A DNA stretch of 64,000 nucleotides from the human T2T-CHM13v2.0 reference genome, Homo sapiens: assembly GCF_009914755.1 (NCBI RefSeq), contig NC_060944.1, one strand, 5' to 3'. Each line of letters starts with the position of its first letter. Position 1 is the first letter of the stretch. Shown in pieces: positions 39,855 to 55,252 of this stretch. Below the pieces are notes generated by a model. It was not told where the DNA came from, did not search any database, and saw only the letters and a program-made list of their open reading frames with translations. The translations under genes were made by a program, and so were the position numbers.

Positions 39855-41830
39855 TGAGTTATTTTACAGAGTTAAACAAATTGATACTAAAGTCCATATG
39901 GGAAAACAAATATTATGAATAACCAGAAAAAAAAAATAATAGAAAAGAAAGGTGTTCTTTCTTTTCTGAAAGACAGTAGCCCTAGAGCAGGGCTCTAGGC
40001 GGAGTAGCCCTAGAAGACATTAAAACACACTATAAAGTCACTATACTTAAATCAACATGGTTCGGGTACATGAATAAACTAATAGACCAGTGGGATAGAA
40101 GGGAAGACCCACAGATAGTCCCAAGTATCCATGAAAATTTATTATATAATAAAGGTAGCATCTCAAAGCATTGAGGTAAAGAAGAAAATTTTAATAAATG
40201 GTGTTGGGGCAACTGGGTAGCCACTTGGAAAAAAGTAAAATTAGGTCCATATTTTACACTATATACAAGAATAGACTCCAAATAACACCCAAATTTTTTA
40301 AAGTGAGACTATGCAAGTACTAGAAGAAAACATGGGCAAACTCCACTTTAACCATGCTGCAGAGAAAGACTTTGTAATTATGACTGCCTATCCAAATGCA
40401 ATACGGGAAAACATGGATATATTTTACTAATGAAAAAATAACTACATGAAAAAGCAAACAAAACAAAAATGAAGTCAAAAGACAACTGAAAACTGGGAGA
40501 AAATATGTACAACATACGCTACAAATGAAGCACTAATATAGGCATTTTATATATATATATATGAATAATTCTTAAAATTTGAGGGCAAAAAGAAAAAAAA
40601 TCTGATTTTTTTAAAATGAGGGATGACAGGAACAATTACGGAAACATACAAAGATGCAAAAATGTTCTTGAAACATATGAAGGACCAATCACTCATAGTT
40701 TGAGAAATGAAAATAAAAATACTGACATGCAATTTATCACCTATCAGCCTGGCAAAAATTAAACGTGTGTCAATACACTCTGTTGTTGAGGCTATGGGGA
40801 GACAGGAATTCTCACACTTTGCTGATGGGAACACCTAGCGGTGCAACCCCTCAAGAGAGGAATTCGGCAAAATCTAACAAAACTCCACATGCCTACAACT
40901 TTTGCACTGCAGTTCCCCTTCTAGGAACCTACCCTGAAGGTACATTCCCAGCAATATGAAAACACTATACACTGGGTTATTCATGGCAGTCTTGATCATA
41001 ATGCAAACATTTGGAAACAACCTAAATGCCCGTACATAGGAGAGCACTTGAATAAACAATGGCACATCCGTAAAGTGGAGTATTGTGCAGCTGTAAGAAG
41101 AATGAGGCAGAGTTCTACAAACTGGCTTGAAGTGATTTCCAGAATCTACTGTCAGGTGAAAGTAGCAAAATTCAGAAAATTATCTATAGTAAATTGTCCT
41201 TCAAGTAGAAAACAATAGGCTACAAGAAAATATACATTCATCTGCTCATGTGTGCAAAAGAAATGCAGGCTGGATAAACAAGAAATTATAGATTGGTTAT
41301 CTCCATGGGGTGGGTGGGAAAATGCTGGAAAGGAGAATGAGAACAGGGTAGCAGGAATATGGAGAGGAGACACTTCTCTAAGTATACCTTATGGTATTGT
41401 TTTGACTTCTAGAATCTTGAAAAAAAACACACACCAAAAAAACCATATAAGAAAAAAAAAAAAAATGGAACCAAACATACAGAAAAACCAACAGGATGTG
41501 AGAGGAATCCAGCACAGAATACAAATAGGAATACATGAAGCTAACTGTCGGACAAATGAATAATGTCGCCTCATTGAAGGGGGTGAGGAAGAAAATAACT
41601 CACTGAAGTAACTTTAGAAAACAGAACTGTGAGTGGCTATCATAAGGCTAAAGGCAAAAAGAAATGTTGAAACATGCTGGGCTTTAGTTTGTAAATCTGT
41701 TTCTCACAAAAGTATGAGTAAGCAATTCAGAAATCCTCTTATGTATGAAGTAGGATTAAATAAATAAGTAAATAGATTGTAGATAATGAGTGCCAAGTTT
41801 CTCACTTCTAAAGAAAGAATTTACAAATCA
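39855..41830 (+). mobile_element. Old L1 (L1MC/L1ME-type) ORF2 3' part and 3'UTR
   Basis: AAACAAATTGATACTAAAGTCCATATGGG, TTTAATAAATGGTGTTGGGGCAACTGG, GGAAACAACCTAAATGCCC motifs. Confidence 0.85.
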
Positions 41831-41899
41831 AGAGAGAAAGGAAAGGAAGAAGAAGAAGGAGGTGGAGAGGTAGGGGAGGGAGAACGAAAGGAAAAGAAA

Positions 41900-42165
41900 G
41901 ACTCGCAGATTACCACACTTAAACTTGTAGCCCCATTCCTAACATGGGAACTGCCCATTCCTTTTCCTTATTTTGCTTTTCTAGATAGTATTTATTACTT
42001 TTCAAGTACACAGTAAATACTTACCACGATTGACTGGTTGATTGCCTGGCACTTAAGTTCCACAAAGCAGAGATTATTGTCTGTTTTGCTCACCTTTCCA
42101 TTCCTAGTACATAGAACAGTGTCTTTCTAGAGTAATAGATGCTTAATAAATATGTGTTAAATAAA
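41900..42165 (+). mobile_element. L2 3' end
   Basis: TAAGTTCCACAAAGCAGAGATTATTGTCTGTTTTGCTCAC...TAGATGCTTAATAAATATGTG. Confidence 0.75.
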
Positions 42166-42349
42166 ACATAAAATATGCTTTATTGCTTTTTTTATTTCCT
42201 GTTTATTTTTTATGTCAACTCTGTATGTATATGTACACACACATATATGTGCATATGTATTTGTGTGTGTATATATGCATATTTGTTTGCCCATATATAA
42301 TTTTCTCTAGAGATCCAGAAATTATAAATCATCTTTCAAAATCTAGTAG

Positions 42350-42535
42350 GAAAATGTTTCCCAGTTTTAGAATACATCAAACACTTCTGCAATATGCTAA
42401 ACGCCAGATTCTGGGCTTTCATTCCCATAATCTGATTCGGGATGTGTAATATAGGGCTCAAGAATTTACATTTTAAAAATAAACATTTTGGATGATTCTA
42501 ATCTAGGTTATCAGTAGCTACAGATTGACAGCATC
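42350..42535. mobile_element. MER5-like hAT fossil
   Basis: CAGATTCTGGGC...TCTGATTCGG...AGGGCTCAAGAATTTACATTTT...GATGATTCTAAT. Confidence 0.6.
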
Positions 42536-43347
42536 AACTTAATTAGCTGTTGATGGGCTGCTCAGTAGAGGACTGATCCCAGTCTGTGTGGTGAGAGCTG
42601 GGAGAGAGAGGGAAGACCCAGACCTGACAGCGGTGAAGTATATCCACTGTCAGTAAGGAATGGGGAATAAATCATTCCAGGCAGAGAAAGAGGCACTGGT
42701 ATAGCTTCAGAATGGACAGAGGGAGGGAGTAGATTCACAGACATAATGTCCATAGAGGCATAACGGCAAGTTCTCTGCAGGTGAAAGTACGGATGACAGA
42801 GGTGCTGGGCTGGGGGACAGTGTCCCGGAAGCTTTGTTGTTGGGGTGCAATGAAGAGCATGTGGGAAGCATCCATCTGGAATGAGAGCACACTGGGAATG
42901 TCTAAAAATGGAAAGCAGCACATATGGTGAAGGTCTTCACGTAAAGTGGTGATCAATGCTGGAGAAGCCCATAGTTGGTCCTAATCATGAGCCTTCAGGT
43001 TTGGAAAGATGCTGATGCCATTCCTGGTGGTGGGCAAACTCCAAAGGGATGTGTCCATATGTGATTTTGGAAATGAGACTGACAGGACTGTGAAAAACCA
43101 GACAGAGCTAGAAATATCTTCAGAATTTCAACATCATCTCTCTCTCAGGGGCAATTTTTTTCTATCATTTTCTAATAACAATATCATACATAGGCATACA
43201 ATGAGTATATTTGTTATAAGACAAAATGGGACCTGATATTATTAATAAATAAAAACATCTTAGGATGATTAAATTTTTTTTAAAAAAAATTACAGAATTA
43301 AGTTAAAGAAAAGAAGTGTTTTCCCACAGTAGTTGGCATGATATAAC

Positions 43348-43739
43348 CCAAGGGTCAACACATTTATTCTGTAGGGACAGTAAGTAAATATTTCAAGCTT
43401 TATGGACCAAGAGGCAAAATCAAAGCTATTATTAGGTACTTTTATCAAAACAGAGATAACAGATTTTGGCAAAAAAAAATGATAAAATATACAATATGAA
43501 AATAACAATTTTGTCATTAAACATTATTAATAAGGTATTAGAGTGAATTTTTTATAATATGCAACTAATAATTACAGAAATATAATTTTTTGGGGGATAA
43601 CATTTTGCTTAATTAGGATCGAAGTTAGTGTTCCCTGTCATATCAATTGCATGTGTTCCTATGTATGATCCCTTCTTAGTTCAACAAAAATAGGGGGCAA
43701 GTGGGATATTGCCCTGGTGCCATAGCTTGCTGACCCCTT
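43348..43739. mobile_element. MER58-family hAT-Charlie fossil
   Basis: Termini CAAGGGTCAAACAC... and ...CCATAGCTTGCTGACCCCT; GTAAATATTTCAAGCTTTATGGACCA. Confidence 0.75.
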
Positions 43740-43800
43740 ATCTGATCCATACCTAACACTGATCTGACCCATGCCTACCCCCTTAAAGCTTATCATATTG

Positions 43801-43921
43801 GGCCGGGTGCGGTGGTTCACACCTGGAATCATAGCACTTTAGGAAGCTGAGACGGGCTGACGGCTTAAGCCCAGGAGTTCGAGACCAGCTTGGGCAACAC
43901 AGAAAGACCTCGTCTCTACCC

Positions 43922-43956
<35 letters not shown>

Positions 43957-44120
43957 AGGCATAGTGGCGCATGACTGAGGTCTCAGCTACTCGGGAGGCT
44001 GATCGCTGGAGTCTGGGAGATGGAGAGGTTGCAGTAAGACGTGATGACACCACTGTACTCCGGCCTGGGTGGTAAGTGAGACCCTGTCTCAAAAACAAAC
44101 AAACAAACAAACAAAAAAAA
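43801..44120 (+). mobile_element. AluJ with expanded middle A-tract (31 A) and (CAAA)n tail
   Basis: GCTTAAGCCCAGGAGTTCGAGACCAGCTTGGGCAAC (J-type); GACCCTGTCTC end. Confidence 0.93.
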
Positions 44121-45270
44121 CCCCTCTCAGATCACATGCTGAAGAACAACTGCTTCTGAGAATAAAAAGTTTTCTATTCTATAAAGAAAACCTATCCTAA
44201 CACAGAAAACCCATTGATTACTGGTGATGGTAAAACACAAGTGACTTAGTATAAAAACTTAGTACAAAGGATGTTAGGTATATGAAGAAATGAAAAGGGA
44301 AAGTGAGGCTAAAATCAGAAGAGATTCTAAAAGCGTAGCCATCACAAGCTTAGGAGAGAAAATTAGCCACCTTTCCAGACACTGCAGTGAAGAGAAAACT
44401 TATAAATTAGATTTATAGGGGAGTAACTTCAACAGGGACAAAATATAAACAGAAAAAACAAAGTCAAGTACCACTTGTAACTAACCTTGAACAGATCAAC
44501 CCTGATGAATTAAGTAGCCTACCTACAGTATGTGTCTCTCTAGCAATGATTAACTACTGAATTGAAAATGAATTTATGTGAAATTGAGGATGCCTATGTT
44601 CAAGAGCAACATATATTAAAACTTTTGTAGAATAGCACTTCATATGAAATTCAAATTAGAAAAACTTTTGCTTCCTCTCGGTGAAGTAGGTAAAGGATAT
44701 TTCAAAATCATTCAAGTTCTTGCTTTGCTTAAAAATCATTTGAACAATTTTTAATTAATTTGTAAATATCAAAAGTGAGAAAATATAGTCTACAATCCAA
44801 TTTCCCTAACTATTCAACCACCTCCATGGTCTGTACAATGTTCATCTCCTTGTTTTATGCATGTAAAATATGGTTATGATAATCACTACCATAAATAATT
44901 TTGTATTCTGCGTTTCTTACTGTATATTGCAGACATTCCTAGGTTGCTTTATCATCATTATTGTTCTCATATTTTATGACAATTCAGTAGTCCATATTGA
45001 CATTACATGTTATTGTTCATTTTTATGCTTTTCCTAGTTTTTCTTTATTAAAATAGTATTAAAGCTTTTTACTTCATTTTGGAATAAAAACAGTTTAAAT
45101 GTGTTGTTCTATTGTAAAAATTAGTTTGAAATAGTATCAATATAGGAAGAAAATTACCCACAAATGTCATTCTGAAAACACCAATACTTTCAATTATTTA
45201 TGTGCATCTTCAATTTCATATCATAAAATAACAATATAGCTAGAGCATTGTTTTCTATACTTTCCATTAA

Positions 45271-45678
<408 letters not shown>

Positions 45679-45699
45679 GGTTTTCTTTTACTTTACCTA

Positions 45700-45940
45700 C
45701 AGTTACTGTTACTCACACTATCCTATATTGTTTTCTTTAGGTAATTTTTTGTTCTATGAAATCAATGCTCTGATGAACTTGTGTCCTGGTGTGTTAACCA
45801 TCTCGTCTTGCTGGAATATAAGTATCATAAGGACAAGGACATGGTTTGTCTGGTCTCCTACTGTCTGCACAGGGCTTAGAATGGTGTCAAGCCCAGACTG
45901 AGTACTTAACTAATAATTGTGGATGAATGACTAAATGAAA
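45700..45940 (+). mobile_element. L2 3' end
   Basis: GGAATATAAGTATCATAAGGACAAGGAC...AATAATTGTGGATGAATGA. Confidence 0.65.
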
Positions 45941-46309
45941 ACTAGAGCCTTTGCAGAGTAAGAGGTAGAGACATATTTTTGTATCCTGAAACCCTCATTC
46001 CAGAGCTATTCTCCTATACAAAATGAAAGAATAACCTGTGTGCTATTTTCTTCTCTGCCATTCCCTCAATGGGATTGAAATGTAAGTCTTTGTTTCTTAA
46101 AATAACTTTTTAAGGTTACAAAGGACTTCATAGTAAATCTTCCAAATCCCTCCAGAAACTGGAAAAGTTTAGTTCCCAGTATCTAGCAGTAAACTAAGGG
46201 CAGTCTATGGATGCTTAGTGGTGATCAACTATAAATATTATGACATACTATTTATGACACTTAACATTCACTTATGATATTACATTATAATATTTATACT
46301 GTCAAAAAA

Positions 46310-46670
46310 GGATATGAACTTTGAAGCCACCCTGGTAGATGACTTAATCTCAGTTTTGCTAATTACCAGCTGCCTAACTTTATGCAAATTACTTGCTCCT
46401 CTGTACCTCAGGGAAGCAAAATAGGGCAAAATAATAATGCACTTTTAGATGGTTGTGGTGAGGACTAAGGATTAAGCAAATTGATATAAATACCACAAAT
46501 ATATATATATATGGTTTTTATATATATGTTATATATATGGTGTTTTATATATATATATATATATGAAATAGTCCTTTGTATATAGAAAACACTCCTTGAA
46601 TATTAACTATCATCATCACCATTATCACCATCATCAGCACCATCACCATCATCAACCATCATTATCATTA
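46310..46670 (+). mobile_element. MIR containing an interrupted (TA)n (46499-46564) and followed by a (CAT/CAC)n tract (46608-46670)
   Basis: GCAAATTACTTGCTCCTCTGTACCTCAG core; simple repeats seen directly. Confidence 0.75.
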
Positions 46671-47509
46671 CATAATGGTCACCAGTTGTGCAAGGCCCAA
46701 GTAACTTTTTACTTATAAAATTAAAATCTCAAAATTTACAAAGTATTTCTTTAAACATATAGGGCATGTCAAGGCTATGCTTTGAATATTCCTCTTACTT
46801 GTTTGCATTCTAATAAGGTCTCTTGAGTGGGAGATAAAGGGAAAAATGATCAACTTTCTGCTGGAAATGGTGCATAACCCTGAGTTTGAAAGTGCAAATG
46901 CATTACTCACGTGAATGTCATTTATCGTATGTGTTGAGGTGGGGTGGAGAGGGAGTGTGTTAAGTGCTGCTTCTTTTGACCATAAAATTCCAGAGGACAA
47001 ATTATGTAAATTCTCATGGAGCTCAAGAGAGTGTCCTGCCAACCAATGAACATAATAAATCTTGTTGGTGCTGTAATGAAGACACTTAAGCTTCTGATAA
47101 AATGACTTCTTTCTTCAGAAGATTCCTTCAGGACCAAAGGCTTCCCTTGAAGGTGAAGGGGATATATGTTTTTACTGAGACTTATAAATTAAGTGAAAAA
47201 AATTCTATCTGAGTCAATGAAATACTCTTGTTTCATACACAGGGGCACTCATGGGCTCTGGCACATTCTCTTTCATATGCAGCACCTGCTGGAAATCTTT
47301 TAGTATAAAGCACAACTTTTGTATTGATTTTCCTCCCACCTTCTTAAACTTCTTCTTCTACATACTTATTAAGTAATGATGAGTTGGTAAAATCTTAACA
47401 CAAATTAAGGACATGTAATGATCAGAAAGATAATTGCAATCACTACTTTTTGTGGATATAACCCACACCACAGATAAAAAACATTAACCACAGTAGTTTT
47501 CTCACGGAG

Positions 47510-47870
47510 ATAGTAGTAAACATAGCCTATGCTGGGCTGCAATACCCTAACATCTCAGTGGCTTAACCATAGGAGCTTCTTTCTTACTCCTGCAAATTCT
47601 ACTCTATCGCTGTTCTTTTCCAAGGCCTCTCTCTTCCCGTGCTGACTAAGAAATCCAGACCCTTCCTTTCTTGGGACTCCAACATCTTGTCATGTGCCTT
47701 CCATGGTCACCACTACAGGGGAAGACAGAGCCTGTAGAAGTCACATCCATTCTGTTACACTTCCATTTGCTTAATACCATTGGCCAAAGCTAATCACAAA
47801 ATCCTGCCAAATCACAAGGCTAAAAAAAAGTTTTGGAGAGGGGTTACACAGACCTTCAGTGAGCAGTAGA
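47510..47870 (-). mobile_element. Old MLT1-type LTR
   Basis: CATCTCAGTGGCTTAAC...TTCTTACTC and CCATTGGCCAAAGCTAATCACA motifs. Confidence 0.6.
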
Positions 47871-49469
47871 GCATAAAGGTACAGTTACCAAAATGTATTC
47901 TGAGAAATGTGAGGGATATGAGGTATTCTGTAGGAAAATATAAAAGAATAGGAACATTCTACTAAACAAAACACTGTTGTTAATACGATGCTTTAAATTC
48001 TTCCTTGGAGATTGTTAATATCCACTGTCAGTTTTGAGAAATGATGCTATAAAAAGCACAGTTATCTTTATTTAATTCAGTTTTTTTTTGTTTGGTTTGG
48101 GTTTTTTTTTTTTTTTACAAATTTGATTGACCATATAATAATTTCTTTTCATAACACCCATGAACCTAATGTCCCGTTGAATCCACAGCAGGCATTTTGA
48201 AATACTGGCAATAAAAACATAATGGACACTTAATAAATATTTGGTGGATGAATGAAGAGTCACTTTTCAGACTCAGGGATGCTTCTGCATCAAATTTTGG
48301 AGAACAAAATTCCATACAACACCTGCATTACAAGTTGAAAAGTGAAAATCCTAGGTCAAACACTACCTTTTTCTTGCAACATGCTACATAAGAATCTTGT
48401 GGGTTTTTTGTTTTTCTCTGCTGACTTGAGTGGTTTTTTGATGTCATCAGCTACAGCTCATCTGCCCAAAATTTCACAGTGGAATCATCAGGATTTATGC
48501 TCAGCATATGCAATCCACCCCACACCTCTTTACACGTGGGAATTTCGGGATGGAACATAAATACCCCATGTTATGGAGAGAATAAAAATAATACCTTGGA
48601 TAAGCCATGCTTTAAATGGTGTTTCGTGCTAAAAACCTCACAAACCATTGCAGCGAGGTTCAGCAGCAGACAGCGCTACTTCTACATTCCACATAATCCA
48701 GTTCAGCGAGGCCTTCAGCAACGCACCCGCATCGTAACAACAGCTAATGGTTTGCCTTAGGTCCGCAGAGTGTCTGGTTGTTGGCAGCAAACCACAGAAT
48801 CCAGGAGCAGAAAACAATATGGAAGCAATATTATTTTCTATCTAATTCTCTATAATCCAGAAGGTTGGTTATGCTGAATGATAACACACAGAGGAAAGAT
48901 TAAATATAATAACATAATGTTCATGTTCTGCACCAGAAGTTATTACTTTTGGCACCACAGAGACAGATGGCTGGCACTGGCCATTGCCAGGAGGTGTTAA
49001 GTGGGTAAGTGGTGCAGAGGAATATAGTCATCTGTGGGGAAAATGACAGTAATGAACTGCTTGTAATGCTGTGAAAACTCAATGAATTTGATTAAACACA
49101 GATTGCAAAACTGTTTCCTGGACGACCATTGGACACACTCATTTACGCTGAAATGTGCTCTCTCCCGGATACAAGTCTGACAGGAAAACCACTGCTGCTT
49201 CTGCTGCCAATTTGTTAAGCATCGTGACAAGAGGAGTGACCGAGAAGATGGAAAAGCCCGGTCTGCCTAGTGCCCCTTCAGTTGGCAGGATTGCTGGCAC
49301 AGGGCCGTCTAACTGTGCTGGAAGGTGTTTTAGAAGGGACAAGGTCAGCATAAGAAGAAGTCATCTTGGGCCTGGGGAACACACTTGTAAAAGTTTTTGT
49401 TAGATCTTTATGTTTCCAGCAACCACATTATTTGTATTAGATTAAGTAGTATATAGTTAGTTAGTTAGT

Positions 49470-49593
49470 ATGTTTGTTTGTTTATTTATTTATAGAGACA
49501 GGGTCTCACTTTGTTGCTCAGGTTGAAACTCTTGAGCTCAAGCAGTCCTCCTACTTCAGCCTCCCAAATTGCTGGGATTACAGGCATGAGTCC
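49470..49593 (-). mobile_element. FLAM (free left Alu monomer)
   Basis: (TTTA)n, AGAGACAGGGTCTCACTTTGTTGCTCAGG...CTCAAGCAGTCCTCC...GCTGGGATTACAGGCATGAG. Confidence 0.85.
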
Positions 49594-49724
49594 CAAGGCA
49601 GTTGATTTAATGTGGATAGAAATATGTCAACGTAGTAGTGACAGAGTATGCACATGTATAAAGTTTGAAGCCTTCTAGAGAGAACACAGAATGGGACAGG
49701 ATAAGAAAGCCTTATAGTTAAGGA

Positions 49725-50013
49725 TGGTGTACACCAAGTGTGGTTACAGGACTCGTACTAGTATGTCGACTCTTCATTACTGTTCATAAGCAAAATGCAG
49801 AAATAGAAAGTAAGCATTTAGAAATGTTCATAGCAATTTGACAATTCTGTGGAATGTAATACTGAATAAATGGAGGTTGTGTTGTTTGTGCCTTTTAAAA
49901 TTTTTATTTTTCTAGCAATTCATTTTTATTATACTTTACAAAAGTATTGTTCTGTGATGGATTGAGATTTTAACAAAAATGATCTTCCACCACAAACAGT
50001 TTGAAAAGCAATG
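49725..50013. mobile_element. hAT-Charlie-type DNA transposon fossil
   Basis: CCAAGTGTGGTTACAGGAC... and ...CACCACAAACAGTTTGAAAAGCAATG termini. Confidence 0.55.
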
Positions 50014-50309
50014 CATTGGGATCATAGAGGCAGTTTTCATCTGCTTGTTTTACAAGATTCATTACTTTAGGCAAATTATTAACCTATCTACATTTTGAAT
50101 TTGTCAATATTTAATAACTATCAGATTATATCACTATTATTAAATAACTATATACACCATGAACTACTCACATAATCTGCTGAGAAATTACCAAAATATT
50201 TAGATGACCCGCTCTTACTCTTTCAAAAAGCATATGAGCTGAATGGTCAGTTAAGTTCAGTGTCTTGGAAGAATTAGTGGATTACATAACACACAGACTT
50301 GCTTCATTC

Positions 50310-51720
<1,411 letters not shown>

Positions 51721-52219
51721 TTATATAAATTTGTAAGAGAGTTTATTCTAGGAAAAATATCAAGAAAGTAACAGTACGAGTCAAACAGAGGTAAGATAGA
51801 CACAGAGGTGATGCTCACATGAACAAATTTGAGAGACTAATGCAGTTGTTAGAAGTGGACGTAGTCACAACACAGAACACTTTTAAAGCAAAACAGAAAT
51901 CACTGTATGAATTGCTTGTCTGATTTCAAGGGCTACACTTTTCTAATTCTGTAAGTGGTGCTTACTAGGAAAATTGCACAGGCATTTGTTTGCAAATGCA
52001 AACTCTTTTGTAATCATCATTGAGGAATTTGTACAATCACACATTTCTTCAAATGATAATTAATACTGATGCTTAAATACCAAATTGATAGGCTTTCTTG
52101 CTCTCTCACTTGCAAGCTATTCACATTCTAGCTGTAATTAAGAATCAGGAGAGAGCCCTTTAAGGTAATGGGTGCCAGACAATTTTCTGTAGTCTCTACT
52201 GCCTTCAGTTTCATGTCAA

Positions 52220-52997
<778 letters not shown>

Positions 52998-54121
52998 AAG
53001 GAATGAGCTTTTCAAGGGCAAAGACAATCAAATCACTATCTGATTTTCTTTGCCTAGATGGTATTGAAAGAGTTTGCAGTTCTTCTATATAAAGGAAAGC
53101 AAAGGGAAGAGATATAAAAATGTTCGAACATAACTTAATCCATGATAAATTAGAACCCTGAGAGTTGCAATGAAAGTTAGAAATGTTTGTTTTATTTTGT
53201 TTTTACAGAATGTATCAGCCTAGAAATCTAAAAATGAAGCATGAATCCTGTCATAACCTACACCCCCCAACTAGCATCATTTATATATGTAGAGCCCATG
53301 GCATTTATTGCTTTCTTATTTATAAGATCATATTAGTAACTAGTGGCAGTGATAAAGACCAGTCAACATTAACGCCATTCAAAATAATAATAACAGGAAA
53401 AATAATGTCTTTGAAGAGCGGCTAAAATCAAACTTGGATTGGAGGCTAGGAAAACAATCAGTCCTCATCATAGTTGTAATCATATAAAACATTAAGTAAG
53501 TTGTCTTCATTTTGACAGTTTAATCACATCATATACTCTTCATATAGGGATATTCCTTTGAATTACCTTGTGGCTCTATGTTTATATAAATATATTATTA
53601 GTTTATGTTTATATATTTAGCTTATATGAATATATACTTTTATATATTATCTACATAAGTACATGTATATTTATATATCATATATAGCAAATAATATATA
53701 GTATATTTAAACATCATTACATTTGTGGTCTTCGGTTTTGTGTGTGTGTGTGTGGGACTTTTCTTTATTTAAAGGCCTAGCTTCTCAATAAAGATGCATA
53801 CATGAGTCATAGTATTAGAAGCTCAAGAATAAATCTTCACTGAATAACGGACTGAATCCTTGTACATCAGAAGTCCCATTGCTCTTTCTTTGACTTACAC
53901 ATTTTGGGGTCTACAAAAATAGCCATAGTGAAAGTTCAAAGTAACTAAGAAGTTAAAAAGGAAAATAAATCTTGATTTTTTATGACCTTTGGCAAGAGAT
54001 ATGTGAAACTTAGTAACCAGGTAGGTCATTTTTCACTGCCCTTTTTCTTCCAGAAAATTGTCATTCTTAAAATGTACATTTGAAAACAATCCTAGCTATT
54101 TTAAATAATGCCGAAATAAAT

Positions 54122-54320
54122 AGGGAAGTTCATATATCTCTTTAAGATACTAATTTTATCTCCTTTCAATATATATCCAAAAGTAGGATTGCTGAATCAT
54201 AAATGGCAGTTCTATTTTTAATTTTTTCAAGCGGCCTCCATACTGTTGTTCACAATGGCTATACCAATAGATACACTTTTTAACTGTCAACTGCACCTCA
54301 ATAAACCTGGGGAAAAAATA
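54122..54320. mobile_element. Short L1MA-late/L1MB fragment: antisense piece (54122-54268) fused to a sense 3' terminus (54269-54320)
   Basis: AAGTAGGATTGCTGAATCAT...CCTCCATACTGTT...AATGGCTATACCAAT (antisense), then TGTCAACTGCACCTCAATAAACCTGGGGAAAAAA. Confidence 0.7.
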
Positions 54321-54599
54321 ATCTCTATGTCAGCATCAGTTCAATATTGAAAAGTCATTTTATTCTTAAGAAACATCATGAGAGTACACATATTGGAAAA
54401 AAAAAGAATAAGTCTATTTCTTTATCACTGCATTGAGCAGAATGCAAAAATTATGCTTGGTAAGGGAGGTTAACTGAACCATACAACTTTAAAAATATTT
54501 CAACCTCAAAATGTCATTAATTGCAAATGAGTTGCAAATGTTCCATTTACAACTCGAAGGAGTATTGGACAAATGTTCAGTAAATGTTTGATCTTAATG

Positions 54600-55050
54600 A
54601 TTGTTTTATATCTCTTCGGTTCGGCCCTCCAGATCTCCTTTCCAACTTTCTCAACACAATTATCATCCCAGGAGTGGGGCCTGGAGTCAACAGGCTCCTT
54701 TGACCTTTGACTCCAGGTTGCCTTTGGCCAATGAAAGCCCCAGCAGGAGATTTGAGGGGAGGAGGTGAAGGGGCAGGCTTGACTTCAGCTGGAGCTGCCC
54801 TGCAGGACTGCCTCAGGCTGGGTGGACCCTGCACTAAAGGTCACAGGAACTCTCAAGGCTACACCCATCCCATCCAGGAACTACTCCTTTCCCTTGATTC
54901 CTAAAACCTGGAGGTGGTAACAGCTTTGCTGTGATTAGCCAAGGTAATGCCAGTCTTCCCTGTGGTTTCTTTGTACCCTGCCCACACCTTTCCAAGCACT
55001 CTCATATTGAGAGTGCCAGCTATCACCTCAAGCCAGGACTCTGATTCAAA
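54600..55050 (+). mobile_element. ERVL LTR (LTR33-like)
   Basis: CCAGGTTGCCTTTGGCCAATGAAAGCCCCAGCAGGAGAT and GGTGGTAACAGCTT motifs. Confidence 0.65.
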
Positions 55051-55252
55051 GATAAAAATATATAAGAAATGATGCCTATTACTATAAAATTTCATACAGT
55101 TCAGTATAGAAATAAAACATATGTGCAAATAAATATAACACATGTTTTAAAAAAGCACTAGGGGCCATTTGAAAACAATTAAAATGCTATGGAGTTTTAA
55201 AGACAGAGTAATTACCTCTTTTGGGGTAATCAGAAAAGATTTCCTGGAAGAC

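Noticed and set aside
49155-49403. 82-aa ORF in the unique CpG-retaining region
   Set aside because: Non-ATG start, no recognisable homology and no convincing splice-site pair
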